39,932 nucleotides of DNA, from positions 1-39,932 of the forward strand of contig JAGVJP010000131.1 of NCBI GenBank assembly GCA_020051075.1, given 5' to 3'. Within the stretch, counting starts at the first letter, position 1. Each line of letters opens with the position of its first letter. The position numbers and the translations under genes were made by a program. Positions 25,559 through 35,668 of the stretch are shown piece after piece. This DNA is from Parachlamydiales bacterium (lineage in GTDB: Bacteria; Chlamydiota; Chlamydiia; Chlamydiales; Parachlamydiaceae). The notes beneath the pieces were generated by a model that was not told where the DNA came from, ran no database searches, and saw only the letters and a program-made list of their open reading frames with translations.

Positions 25559-26884
25559 ATGGAACCAAGTAATTTAAGTATTAATTCTACTCAGCAGTCT
25601 GCTTCACAATTTTTTCAAGGAAGTGTTGCCTCTCTTAAAAGTTGGGGCAGCCGCGTTTGCCAACAACTGCACCATCATCGCGAGATTTTACACACCTATT
25701 CTCCCAAAACAAAAATTGGTTTGCTCATCGCCGTCAACACCGTCTTCTTTTTTGTGATCAGAATGTTCGTCAACTATTTGGAAGAGCGTGGAAATCGCAC
25801 AAACCCAGAAAAAACTGGATTGCATGCCACAATCAGCCCAGTTGTCTTTGGTGTCGCGATCGCCGGCCTCAACGTCGGGTTGTCCAAGCTTGGTCGATAC
25901 CAACTGCCCGCTTTAACTCTTTATGCCATCACCATCTCTAGCGTGGCTGTCTATCTCATTTTAAAAAGACCTCGACCTCTTCTAGCTCCCATCCAAGATG
26001 AGATCTCACTTGAACTTGTACAAATCAACAAGCATACAGAGACTCTGAATCGGGACCGGACAGAACTTCAACGGCAAGCAAGCATAATTACTGCGAGGTT
26101 GACAACCCCCCCACAAACCTCTACGTCTACTCCAGCTCTTCCTCAAACTCCTCCCCCCGCCTCTATCCCAACTCTTCCTCAACCAGTGACACCAGCTCTG
26201 CCACAATCCCCATCACGAGAAGATCAGGCAGAACTTCAAAGAATTCAAACAGATCTTGCGCAAAACGAACAGACTCAACGCAGTCTCACTGAGCTAGCGG
26301 GAACACTACAGCAAGAAGCTGCAGTAATATCCGAGGTCGCACGAAATGCAACCCCTATCCCTGCCGATCCAAGGACTCCTGAAAGAGTGAACCTACTCCG
26401 CGCAAGTCTGCGAACTCGTTTCGAGAGAACATTGACTCAATCTAGTTTAGTCCCTTCCCAAAGTGGGCTGAATCTGCCTCAAAGTGCGCCTCCAAGCACT
26501 CCAACGCGTTCTGACAGCTCTCCACAAGTCTCTGGAACTCCTGGGACTCAGACCCCGCCAGCAACACCAACTCAGACTAGTTCAACCTCTAGCTCTGATA
26601 TCACACCAGTACCTGAAACTCCTTCTACTCCTGGAACTCAAACTCCTCAGACACCACCAGCAACACCGACTCAGACAAGTTCAACCTCTAGCTCTGATAT
26701 CACACTAGAACCTGAAACTTCAATTTCCACCGAAACTGTGCAACCTGAAATAGCAAATCCTAGCAATGTTTTGAGGTCACAACAATCATTAACCAGTTGG
26801 TTAGTCACAGGAGCCATAAACAATTTTGGTCCTACCATTATGTCAAATGTTGCTTCAACAGCATTCAATTTCTTGACAAGATAA
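25559..26884 (+). CDS. Putative inclusion-membrane (Inc-like)/T3SS effector: hydrophobic segments, coiled coil, S/T/P-rich tail
   Basis: S/N/Q-rich N-terminus, hydrophobic stretches at aa ~53-135, coiled-coil-like segments, and an internal tandem duplication. Confidence 0.7.
   Translation: MEPSNLSINSTQQSASQFFQGSVASLKSWGSRVCQQLHHHREILHTYSPKTKIGLLIAVNTVFFFVIRMFVNYLEERGNRTNPEKTGLHATISPVVFGVAIAGLNVGLSKLGRYQLPALTLYAITISSVAVYLILKRPRPLLAPIQDEISLELVQINKHTETLNRDRTELQRQASIITARLTTPPQTSTSTPALPQTPPPASIPTLPQPVTPALPQSPSREDQAELQRIQTDLAQNEQTQRSLTELAGTLQQEAAVISEVARNATPIPADPRTPERVNLLRASLRTRFERTLTQSSLVPSQSGLNLPQSAPPSTPTRSDSSPQVSGTPGTQTPPATPTQTSSTSSSDITPVPETPSTPGTQTPQTPPATPTQTSSTSSSDITLEPETSISTETVQPEIANPSNVLRSQQSLTSWLVTGAINNFGPTIMSNVASTAFNFLTR
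26537..26720 (+). repeat. Intragenic tandem duplication (~90 bp unit; TPGTQTPPATPTQTSSTSSSDITxxPET x2)
   Basis: Units begin at 26537 and 26627; the second carries an extra 9 bp. Confidence 0.85.
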
Positions 26885-27152
26885 AGGTCACATTCCGCTT
26901 CGGTTGATGTAACAAAAGCACTCCGTCTTCGAGAGAATGAACAAGGTCATTGCAAATTGAGTTGCAATGGCCTTGTCTCTTATAGGTGGATGTTCTCTTG
27001 CTTAGGCACGAAGTGCTGGCTATCCAAATTTCGCGTTTACACCAAGATTGAACTTCCGTTTAAATCACTCCTCAGCTATTCTGTAATAAATTTTTTATGT
27101 ATAAAGTTATTATTTGAGTTTTATACAAATCTATTCATCTGAAGGTAATTAT

Positions 27153-28694
27153 ATGAAATTTAGTGTGTTAAATATTAACTTGAATCAGCAAGCTTGTTCT
27201 CATGCTTTTCAAGGGAATTTTGAGTCTCTTAAGAATTGGGGCAACCGCATTTTTCAGGTGATGCAAAATCATCCTTACGCGCTACATAAACACTCTCCTC
27301 AGGTTATCTCTGGGGTGCTACTCACAATCAATGGACTTTTCTTCTTGACGATGCGCAGCTTTGCCAACGCCATCGAAGCTTCACTCAACAAAAGATTTCC
27401 AAACATTCCAACGATCCATCTAATGATCAGTTCTGCTTTACTCGGAGGCACTGTTGGATCCTTGAATCTCGCTCTTTTCAAGCTCGCACGCCTCCCTGCA
27501 TCTGTTGATCTCCTTTATGCGATCAGCATTGCCTCTGTAGCACTCCACCTTATTCTTAAGCCACCAACCCTTTCTAGCACAAACAAAACATTGTTACCCT
27601 CACACCCCCTTTCACCCCCAATCTCTACTCGGCCTAGCGATCAACCTAAACCACCATTGTTACATGCACAAGTGCCACCACAGCCGCCTATCTTCCAACC
27701 TCCACGACATCAACAAGGATTTCCAGAGGCTGAAAAACAACCAAAGTCTCTTCTAACACAACAGCCTCCCGAAAGACCTCCAAGCGCAGATTTTTTGACT
27801 CCAATGCCATCACCTCCCCACTTAAAACAGTTTCATACACCAACATTTTCCCCTCGAAACCCATCGAAAGCTCCAACAACACCTGCAACTATCCCCCCGT
27901 TGAATGTAAAAGATGTTGAAGAGGTTGAAATCAAAGTACTAGAGGAACTCAATCGATTAGAAATAGAAAAAAATAAATACCTTGGTTTTTCAAACAGATA
28001 TGAAATATTAATTCAGCAGCTCCACGTCAAACATAGAACTGAATTAAGAAATAGAGATGGGTTTGCATCTTCTCAGACTAGTGCGAAACTTCTCGAGGCA
28101 CAAGAAGGCCTTGCTAAGGCTAAGGAATTGGCACATAACCTTGACAACAAGATAGCGGAGCAAAGACAACTGCTTGAAAATATCCGATTGAAAAAGAACA
28201 AAGCATCTTTAAGCGAGACTCGGAGCGGCCCCGGAACCCCTGCAGCAAAGTTTCGACAACATTTGTTACAAGCTGCCAGTTCTCATAACGAAATTCAAGA
28301 GCCTTTTGGTCTGCGATCGCGTATGACTGCTCTAGAACTCGATCAAACCTTGAATTCTCCAGAACGAGAAGAAAATCTCAGCGGAGACCAACCACCTCCC
28401 TATGAGCTCACCCCAGAACCGATCGCCACAGAAGACACCCTTCATAACGATCGACAGATTTTCAGTGTTTCCGGCATTTTCTATAACGACGAACAACCCA
28501 ATGAAGACATTGTTTTTAACGATTCAGATTTCGAATACGAAGATGAGGAAGGAAACGTCTATGCCGTGTTCGAATTGTACGGGAAAGAATATCTAGTCGA
28601 TCAAGCTGCCGAATGTTTTGATAGGTCAGGAAATTATATGGGGAATCTCGTGGAAAGAACCTTTGGAAGCGATTTCAACGAGAATCTATCCTAA
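27153..28694 (+). CDS. Putative Inc-like/T3SS effector, N-terminal paralog of 25559 gene; Pro-rich, coiled coil, acidic C-terminus
   Basis: Start ATG 27153. Shares the upstream AAGGTAATTATATG and ~135 N-terminal aa (FQG...SLK.WG.R, H..SP, LN..L.KL.R..., LYAI.I.SVA..LILK.P) with 25559. Confidence 0.7.
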   Translation: MKFSVLNINLNQQACSHAFQGNFESLKNWGNRIFQVMQNHPYALHKHSPQVISGVLLTINGLFFLTMRSFANAIEASLNKRFPNIPTIHLMISSALLGGTVGSLNLALFKLARLPASVDLLYAISIASVALHLILKPPTLSSTNKTLLPSHPLSPPISTRPSDQPKPPLLHAQVPPQPPIFQPPRHQQGFPEAEKQPKSLLTQQPPERPPSADFLTPMPSPPHLKQFHTPTFSPRNPSKAPTTPATIPPLNVKDVEEVEIKVLEELNRLEIEKNKYLGFSNRYEILIQQLHVKHRTELRNRDGFASSQTSAKLLEAQEGLAKAKELAHNLDNKIAEQRQLLENIRLKKNKASLSETRSGPGTPAAKFRQHLLQAASSHNEIQEPFGLRSRMTALELDQTLNSPEREENLSGDQPPPYELTPEPIATEDTLHNDRQIFSVSGIFYNDEQPNEDIVFNDSDFEYEDEEGNVYAVFELYGKEYLVDQAAECFDRSGNYMGNLVERTFGSDFNENLS

Positions 28695-28784
28695 GCACTC
28701 CTCTTTTTTAACGCAAAGAAGTAAGATAATTCTGGATAAACAAACAACAAGCTTGTCACTTGCTGCTGCTTATCCAGAATGCAC

Positions 28785-29129
28785 TTATGCGGCCTTAATT
28801 TTGATATCGACACCTGCGGGGAGGGTCAATGTCTTCAAAGCATCGATCGTTTTGCTTGAAGGATTGAGAATATCAATCAAGCGGCGATGGGTGCGGATTT
28901 CAAACTGTTCACGCGATTTGCGGTCGATATGAGGAGAGCGCAAAACGGTGTACTTCTCACAACTTGTTGGGAGAGGGATCGGACCAGCAATCGCTGCTCC
29001 AGTTCGTTTTGCTGTTTCCACAATATCGGCTGTTGAACGATCCAAAAGCCGTTGGTCATAGCCTTTAAGGCGGATGCGGATTTTTTGTTTCACTGCAGCG
29101 GATTTAGGCTGCTTTTCTTGTTTTGCCAT
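28785..29129 (-). CDS. rpsJ: 30S ribosomal protein S10
   Basis: [37 protein letters not shown]. Confidence 0.98.
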   Translation of the reverse strand: MAKQEKQPKSAAVKQKIRIRLKGYDQRLLDRSTADIVETAKRTGAAIAGPIPLPTSCEKYTVLRSPHIDRKSREQFEIRTHRRLIDILNPSSKTIDALKTLTLPAGVDIKIKAA

Positions 29130-29137
29130 AATAACCT

Positions 29138-31225
29138 TTATTTCCTAATAATATCTTCCTGAATTTTTGACGGAACGCGTTCAAAGTGGCTAGGCTCCAT
29201 CGCATAGGTAGCACGGCCAGACGACAGCGATCGGAGCAACGTAGAATAACCGAACATTTCACTTAAAGGAACTTCTGCACGGATGATGACTGCCCCTTTG
29301 TGGTTTTCCTGTCCGAGGATCTGTCCACGACGACGGTTGAGGTCGCCGATCACATCTCCCATATTCGCTTCAGGAGTGGTGACATCGACCTTCATGATCG
29401 GTTCGAGGATCACCGGCTTACATTTCTTCGCCGCATCTTTCAACGCCATCGATCCGCAGATTTTGAAGGCCATCTCGCTTGAGTCGACATCGTGGTAAGA
29501 ACCAAAGACGATCTCTACGCACACGTCGACAAGGTTATATCCGGCAAGAACACCTGTTGCCAGCCCTTCTTCAATCCCTTTTATCGTCGGAGCGATATAC
29601 TCTCTTGGAATGACGCCGCCAACAATTTTGCTGACAACCTCGTTTCCTTTTCCTTTTTCGTTTGGACGGATCTCCAACTCCACGTGCGCATACTGTCCAC
29701 GTCCACCAGACTGCTTAACAAATTTTGTTTGACTGCTGCCAGGAATCGTGATCGTCTCTTTGTAAGCCACTTGCGGCTTGCCGACATTAGCTTCGACGCT
29801 GAATTCCCGCTTCATTCGGTCATGCAAAATCTCCAGGTGGAGCTCGCCCATCCCTGCAATGATTGTCTGTCCAGTCTCTTCGTTGGTCGAAACTCGGAAG
29901 GTTGGGTCTTCAATAGAAAGAGAGGATAATGCCGTCGCAAGTTTTTCTCGATCGCCCTTGGATTTGGGTTCAATCGCCATCGAGATCACAGGCTCAGGGA
30001 ATTCCATCTTTTCGAGCAAGATCGGACGTTTAGGCGAGCAGAGAGTATCTCCTGTCGTCGCTTTTTTCAGTCCGATACAAGCGGCGATATCGCCGGTATG
30101 GAATTCGTCTCTTTCTTCCCGCTTGTTTGCGTGCATCTCGAGAAGCCGAGAAATCCGCTCTTCATCCCCTTTTGTGGAGTTGAGAACAGCTGTCCCTTTC
30201 GTGAGTGTTCCTGAGTATACCCGGACAAACGTGAGTCGGCCCACATAGGGGTCGGTCATGATTTTAAACGCAAGGGCAGCTAAGGGCTGGTCGTCATCAG
30301 GAGTGAGGAGGATCTCTTCATCAGTATTGAGGTCATGCGCTTTGATGTTTCCTCGATCTAGAGGAGAAGGCATCCAAGCGACGACAGCATCCAACAGCTG
30401 CTGCACCCCTTTGTTTTTGAAAGCCGAGCCGCATAAAACTGGGTTAAACTTGTTTGCACAAACCCCTTTTCTGATGGCAGCGTTGATCTCATCAGGTGTC
30501 AACGAATCAGGATTTTCAAGCACCTTGTGCATGAAGCTTTCATTTTCTTCGTCGATGGTGGCGAGCTCTTCTAACAGCTCTGAACGCATCTGCTTACATT
30601 TTTCAACCAGGTCTTCAGGAATCGGAGTGACGTCCCAATCAGCACCAAGCGTTTCATCATGGAAGATATAAGCTTGCATCGTGATGAGGTCGACCATCCC
30701 TTTGAATTCTGCTTCAGCGCCAATGGGGCACTGAACTGGGATAGCGTTGGCATGAAGTTTGTCGCGCATGGTGTGGACAGCGTCGAAGAAGTCGGCTCCC
30801 ATCCGGTCCATTTTGTTGACGAAGGCGATCCGTGGAACGCCATATTTATCTGCTTGACGCCAAACTGTTTCTGACTGAGGTTCGACCCCCGAGACTGAAC
30901 AGAAAAGAGCGACAGAGCCATCGAGAACGCGCAGTGAGCGTTCGACTTCGATCGTGAAGTCGACGTGGCCAGGGGTATCGATGATGTTGATCTTAGCCCC
31001 TTTCCAAAACACTGTCGTTGCAGCTGAGGTGATTGTGATCCCCCTCTCTTGCTCCTGAACCATCCAGTCCATCGTGGCAGCGCCTTCGTGCACCTCGCCA
31101 ATTTTGTGAGAACGTCCAGAATAGTAAAGAATCCGTTCTGTTGTCGTCGTCTTACCCGCATCGATGTGAGCCATGATGCCAATATTACGGACATTCTTAA
31201 TACTTTCTTTTTCCGGTCTTGCCAT
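29138..31225 (-). CDS. fusA: Elongation factor G
   Basis: [40 protein letters not shown]. Confidence 0.99.
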   Translation of the reverse strand: MARPEKESIKNVRNIGIMAHIDAGKTTTTERILYYSGRSHKIGEVHEGAATMDWMVQEQERGITITSAATTVFWKGAKINIIDTPGHVDFTIEVERSLRVLDGSVALFCSVSGVEPQSETVWRQADKYGVPRIAFVNKMDRMGADFFDAVHTMRDKLHANAIPVQCPIGAEAEFKGMVDLITMQAYIFHDETLGADWDVTPIPEDLVEKCKQMRSELLEELATIDEENESFMHKVLENPDSLTPDEINAAIRKGVCANKFNPVLCGSAFKNKGVQQLLDAVVAWMPSPLDRGNIKAHDLNTDEEILLTPDDDQPLAALAFKIMTDPYVGRLTFVRVYSGTLTKGTAVLNSTKGDEERISRLLEMHANKREERDEFHTGDIAACIGLKKATTGDTLCSPKRPILLEKMEFPEPVISMAIEPKSKGDREKLATALSSLSIEDPTFRVSTNEETGQTIIAGMGELHLEILHDRMKREFSVEANVGKPQVAYKETITIPGSSQTKFVKQSGGRGQYAHVELEIRPNEKGKGNEVVSKIVGGVIPREYIAPTIKGIEEGLATGVLAGYNLVDVCVEIVFGSYHDVDSSEMAFKICGSMALKDAAKKCKPVILEPIMKVDVTTPEANMGDVIGDLNRRRGQILGQENHKGAVIIRAEVPLSEMFGYSTLLRSLSSGRATYAMEPSHFERVPSKIQEDIIRK

Positions 31226-31240
31226 TGAAATTTCCTCCTG

Positions 31241-31714
31241 TTACCACTTGTAGTGTGCGTAGGCTTTATTCGCCTCGGCAACACGATGGGTGTCATCTTT
31301 TTTCTTTATAGTGGTTCCTTCATTCTTAAAGCAAGCGGTTAATTCGTCAGCAAGAGCATCTTCCATCGAACGTCCTGGCTTTGCCCGGGAATGGTTGATG
31401 ACCCAGCGCATCGCCATCGAGGCACGCCGGTTTGCAGGAATTTCCATAGGCACTTGGTATGTCGCCCCGCCGATACGGCGAGATTTCACTTCAAGTGTTG
31501 GTTTTGCGTTTTCTAACGCTTGTTCGAAAGCTTCCAATGGGTCATCTATTTTGACCCTTTTGGAAAATTTATCTAGGGCGTTATAGACAATGCGGCGGGC
31601 AACAGATTTTTTCCCTTGCTGCATGATCTTATTGATAAACTTTGACAAGATCGTACTTTTATAAATAGGATCTGGCTCTGTTTCTCGTTTTTCTGCTTTG
31701 TGTCTTCTTGACAT
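31241..31714 (-). CDS. rpsG: 30S ribosomal protein S7
   Basis: EVKSRRIGGATYQVP, THRVAEANKAYAHYKW. Confidence 0.99.
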   Translation of the reverse strand: MSRRHKAEKRETEPDPIYKSTILSKFINKIMQQGKKSVARRIVYNALDKFSKRVKIDDPLEAFEQALENAKPTLEVKSRRIGGATYQVPMEIPANRRASMAMRWVINHSRAKPGRSMEDALADELTACFKNEGTTIKKKDDTHRVAEANKAYAHYKW

Positions 31715-31877
31715 CGTTTCCTCATCAATGAGCGATTAATAAATCATTTTTGAAGAAGATCTTACAGTTCACCTGAAATCAGCCGAAGCATTTCTGCTGC
31801 TGATCTCTGTGCGTGATTGACGTTTTCGTGAAAACGCGAATCGCGAACCAGGATATTCATGATGCAATATCCTAGCG

Positions 31878-32252
31878 TTACTTCTTAGGACGTTTCGCCC
31901 CGTATTTCGATCTTCCTTGTTTACGGTCTTTAACAGCCGCACAGTCTAATGCTCCTCTCACAATGTGATAGCGAACACCTGGTAAGTCTTTAACTCGTCC
32001 ACCTCTGACAAGAACGATACTGTGTTCTTGGAGGTTGTGCCCTTCACCGCCGATATAAGCGATGACTTCTTGCCCGGTTGAAAGACGAACCCAAGCCACT
32101 TTACGGAGTGCTGAGTTAGGCTTCTTTGGGGTCTTTGTTTTGACTTGCAAGCAAACACCACGTCTTTGCGGACATTTCACAAGAGCAGGTGACTTGCTTC
32201 GTCGTTTCTTTGGAACTCGTGGTTGTCGTACGAGTTGTTGAATAGTCGGCAT
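31878..32252 (-). CDS. rpsL: 30S ribosomal protein S12
   Basis: [31 protein letters not shown]; start at ATG 32252. Confidence 0.99.
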   Translation of the reverse strand: MPTIQQLVRQPRVPKKRRSKSPALVKCPQRRGVCLQVKTKTPKKPNSALRKVAWVRLSTGQEVIAYIGGEGHNLQEHSIVLVRGGRVKDLPGVRYHIVRGALDCAAVKDRKQGRSKYGAKRPKK

Positions 32253-32428
32253 ATTAGCCTTCTCCTTATTCAAAAGTTAGGGTAAGCGTTTTGCTTAATT
32301 TTCTTTACGATTAGATACTAAATAGGAGTCTGAACATTGATTGTTGCCTTCTTCTGAAGGCGATCAATGACAAAAAATTTCTCGATAATGAGGAAATTAA
32401 ATTGAAGACAGCTATAAATTCTGGCCTA

Positions 32429-32457
32429 AGTATAGGGAAACGGATCATTTTTGACAA
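32429..32457 (-). promoter_or_regulatory. str operon promoter TTGTCA-N17-TATACT
   Basis: Near-consensus hexamers on the minus strand, ~180 nt upstream of rpsL. Confidence 0.65.
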
Positions 32458-32480
32458 AGAAAAGAAATTAGATTAAGACC

Positions 32481-32710
32481 TTTTGTGCTCCTACCCGATT
32501 GTCCCCTTTCGTGCCCGTGCCCGTGCCCCTGCCCCTGCCCGATTTTTCCTCTTTCGTGCCCGTGCCCCTGCCCTATTGTCCCTTTTTTTAGAACAATCCC
32601 TCATCCGAATTTGCGAGAGAAACTCTGATATATCACAACCGTCTGCGACAAATTCGGGCACGGGCAGGGGCACGGGCAGGGGCACGAAAGGGAACAATCG
32701 GGCACGAAAG
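32481..32710. repeat. Inverted repeat built of (G/C)TGCCC hexamers (family C)
   Basis: CCCGATTGTCCCCTTTC(GTGCCC)n ... (GGGCAC/GGGCAG)nGAAAGGGAACAATCGGG. Confidence 0.85.
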
Positions 32711-32791
32711 ATCTTAGCAAATTAATAGTAGAAATAAATCTTACCTCGGCATATACGGACAGGAATAAGGGATAAACTTCTCAGCAGGGAG

Positions 32792-33961
32792 ATGCTCATG
32801 ACGTTGAAGCAAAAGGAACTCAATTCTTCAGAAGAATTAGAACCCATTAAAGGCAAAGTTGGCGCATCGATTTTAGGACCTAAAAATCGGGCGCGCGAAG
32901 AGGAAAATCCCGATCTCTTGAGGCCGCCTCGCACAGATCACGGCACCTTGCCAAATTTTCACTGGTCCTTTGCTGATAGCCATATGAGACTAGAAGAAGG
33001 CGGATGGGCAAGACAAACGACAACGCGCGAATTGCCGAGCTCTCCCCAGTTATCTGGAGTGAATATGCGCCTCAAAGCTGGAGGAGTGCGTGAAATGCAC
33101 TGGCATCGAGCAGCTGAATGGTCCTACATGCTGAAAGGGCAAGCGCGAATCACTGCCGTCGATCAGGCGGGACGGGTTTTTCAAGATGATGTCGCCGAAG
33201 GGGATCTGTGGTATTTCCCAGCTGGCATCCCCCATTCGATTCAAGGTCTCGGAGAAGAAGGATGTGAATTCATCCTTGTTTTTGATGATGGCGACTTTTC
33301 CGAGGATTCGACATTTCAACTCACCGATTGGTTAGCGCATACCCCTCGAGAAGTTCTTGCAAAAAATTTCAATGTATCAGAAGAAGTGTTTGCGAATATC
33401 CCAAAGGAAGAGCTCTATATCTTTCCGGCTCCGCTCCCCGGTCCGCTGAACTCACAACCGGCCCTTGGCAATGGACCTGTTCCGCAAAAGTTCAGTCACC
33501 GGATGATGGCGCAGGAGCCGCTCCGCACAAAAAGCGGCACTGTCAGAGTCACTGATTCTTCCATTTTCCCGATCTCGAAGACGATAGCAGCTGGATTAGT
33601 CGAAGTGGAACCGGGAGGGATGCGGGAATTGCACTGGCATCCTAACAGCGATGAATGGCAGTTTTATATCTCCGGCTCTGCCCGGATGACAGTGTTTGCT
33701 GCTGAAGGAAATGCACGCACCTTCAACTTTCAAGCGGGAGATGTCGGTTCAGTTCCCTTCCCCTTGGGGCACTACATCGAGAACACCGGCAACACAACAC
33801 TCCGCTTTCTAGAGATTTTTCGAAGCGACCACTTTGCGGATATTTCCCTTGCCAATTGGCTGGCATTTACCCCTCATGACCTTGTGAGAGCTCATTTAAA
33901 AGTGGACGAGTCCTTCCTGAAACAGATCCACACTCATAATGGCCCTGTGGTGCCAGCTTAA
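32792..33961 (+). CDS. oxdC: Oxalate decarboxylase family bicupin (OxdC-like)
   Basis: Two Mn-binding cupin motifs, REMHWHRAAEW and RELHWHPNSDEW; lid FSEDSTF; GGWARQ; HYIENTG. Confidence 0.88.
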   Translation: MLMTLKQKELNSSEELEPIKGKVGASILGPKNRAREEENPDLLRPPRTDHGTLPNFHWSFADSHMRLEEGGWARQTTTRELPSSPQLSGVNMRLKAGGVREMHWHRAAEWSYMLKGQARITAVDQAGRVFQDDVAEGDLWYFPAGIPHSIQGLGEEGCEFILVFDDGDFSEDSTFQLTDWLAHTPREVLAKNFNVSEEVFANIPKEELYIFPAPLPGPLNSQPALGNGPVPQKFSHRMMAQEPLRTKSGTVRVTDSSIFPISKTIAAGLVEVEPGGMRELHWHPNSDEWQFYISGSARMTVFAAEGNARTFNFQAGDVGSVPFPLGHYIENTGNTTLRFLEIFRSDHFADISLANWLAFTPHDLVRAHLKVDESFLKQIHTHNGPVVPA

Positions 33962-34187
33962 GGACATATCTGTTTTCAGGGCATGTCATAATTTCTTCTA
34001 GCGTCATTGGTGCTGGTATGTGTTCATGCATCTCTTTCAGCAAGTTGATATGGCTAATCAGTGCTTCTTGAACCATTAATTTAGCTTCTTCAAGAGTTTT
34101 ACCCGCCGAAATACATGCCGGAAAATCGGGAAAACTCACTCCATAGTCTGAATTCTCTTCTTTATGAATGAGTGCAATATAGTTCAT
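33867..34187 (-). pseudogene. HicB-like antitoxin, N-terminal domain only (probably truncated)
   Basis: YIALIHKEENSDYGVSFPDFPACISAGKTLEEA...EAL..H...IPAP. The last ~95 nt overlap the oxdC 3' end in antisense. No C-terminal DNA-binding domain and no hicA are visible. Confidence 0.65.
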
Positions 34188-34188
34188 G

Positions 34189-34815
34189 TCATTTTCCTCT
34201 CTCTATTGTCTTCAGCTCGGAGATGTCTTTCAACCCAAAGTGTTTCAAGAATTCTTTCGTGGTTGCATAAAGGGTGGGGCGTCCTGGCGCATCGAGCTTT
34301 CCGACAGGTTCGACAAGCTGCCGTTCGAGCAGCTGCATCAACGTGCCGGAGGAGTCGACTCCACGGATCGCATCAATTTGGGGACGAGTGATCGGCTGCC
34401 GATAGGCAATGATCGCAAGAACTTCTGTAGACGCCGGCGACAGTTTTTCGGCGCGGCGTTGGCGGTAGAGCAAGTCAAGATAAGGGGCATACTCTTCGTG
34501 CGTGCGCAACACGTAGCCTTGGGCGATTTCATCTAGCTTGAAAGAGCGCTGCTGGGAGAGGTATTCTTGTTTGAGCTCTTCGATGACAGCACGGAGCTGG
34601 CGTGGGCGGAGAGGGGTGATCGTGTCGGTCACTTCCCGGATTTTTGCAAGGGGCAAAGGATCGGCGCTTGTAAAAATGAGCGCTTCAACAACACGTTTAA
34701 GGTGCTGCTTCAGCTGCTGATCGATCTGAACCCAAGGGGTCTCTAGTTCATTCGCTTCTTCGCCATCCATGTTAATACTGTTTTCTTCTTCAAGAAAATT
34801 GAGCTCTTTGGTCAT
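34189..34815 (-). CDS. scpB: Segregation and condensation protein B
   Basis: VEALIF, LS.ASTEVLAIIAYRQPITRPQIDAIRGVDS, GRPTLYATTKEFLKHFGL. Confidence 0.95.
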   Translation of the reverse strand: MTKELNFLEEENSINMDGEEANELETPWVQIDQQLKQHLKRVVEALIFTSADPLPLAKIREVTDTITPLRPRQLRAVIEELKQEYLSQQRSFKLDEIAQGYVLRTHEEYAPYLDLLYRQRRAEKLSPASTEVLAIIAYRQPITRPQIDAIRGVDSSGTLMQLLERQLVEPVGKLDAPGRPTLYATTKEFLKHFGLKDISELKTIERGK

Positions 34816-35573
34816 TTGTAGTCGTCCTGATTATTTTTTTTCGCATCTCCGCCGCTGACTTGTGCGGCAAAGATCACGATTTCACCACTCGGCTGTTCCC
34901 GACCGACAGCCAGCTCTCCGCTTTTGATGAGTTCTAAAAGAGCGAGAAAAATCACAATCATCTCTAAACGGCTTTGATGGGGTTGAAGCAGGTTGGATAA
35001 AAATAAAGACCCTTCTTCTTTTAAAAATAGCCGGATCGACTGGATTTTATCGCTCACCCTCCAATTTTCTTCTTGAATAGGAGAAGGGTGCTGAGAGGCG
35101 CGCAGGATCATATCCTGGAATAGCTGAGAGAGCTCTTCTAATGAAACATGATCAATCCCAAGAGGTTTTCTCCATTCAGGCTTTTCAATGCCCCGGAAGT
35201 AAAACCCTTGTTGCTGCTCCTGGCGGAGGTTGAGTTGTTTGGCCGCTTGTTTAAAACGGCAGTAATCGATCAAGTGATGGATGATTTCAAATCGGGGATC
35301 CTCTATCTTTTCTTCAAACTCAGCCGTTTGTTCTTCGCGAGGAAGCAGTGTTTTGCTCTTTAACCAGATCAGGTAGGAGACGCCTCCAATAAATTCAGCC
35401 CCTTCGTCGAGAAGGTCTTCTTCGTCCGCGTGATGATGAGAAAGAAATTGCTCAATGAGCTTTTGGATCGGCACGTCATAGATATCCATTTCCTCCTTTT
35501 GGAGCAGACAAAGGAGAAAGTCGAGAGAGCCCTCGAAATTTGACAATGAAAAATAATCTTTTTGCAATACCAT
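34812..35573 (-). CDS. scpA: Segregation and condensation protein A
   Basis: NFEGSLDFLLCLLQKEEMDIYDVPI, LKSKTLLP, IVIFLALLELIK. Confidence 0.93.
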   Translation of the reverse strand: MVLQKDYFSLSNFEGSLDFLLCLLQKEEMDIYDVPIQKLIEQFLSHHHADEEDLLDEGAEFIGGVSYLIWLKSKTLLPREEQTAEFEEKIEDPRFEIIHHLIDYCRFKQAAKQLNLRQEQQQGFYFRGIEKPEWRKPLGIDHVSLEELSQLFQDMILRASQHPSPIQEENWRVSDKIQSIRLFLKEEGSLFLSNLLQPHQSRLEMIVIFLALLELIKSGELAVGREQPSGEIVIFAAQVSGGDAKKNNQDDYK

Positions 35574-35668
35574 GAAATAACCTATTCAAAACACAGTAGA
35601 TTAATGGAGATCAGGGTTGTTTTCAATTAGAAAACAGCCTATCTTAGCGTTTTACAGGAGAGATCGTT

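Noticed and set aside
29283..31586. Alternative-frame and antisense ORFs within fusA/rpsG (e.g. 30571-31296, 29778-30248)
   Set aside because: They are shadow ORFs of highly conserved genes with no independent coding signal.
28785..32252. Absence of tuf after fusA and of rplC after rpsJ as a novelty
   Set aside because: rpsL-rpsG-fusA-rpsJ is the known chlamydial arrangement. It is useful for taxonomy but not new.
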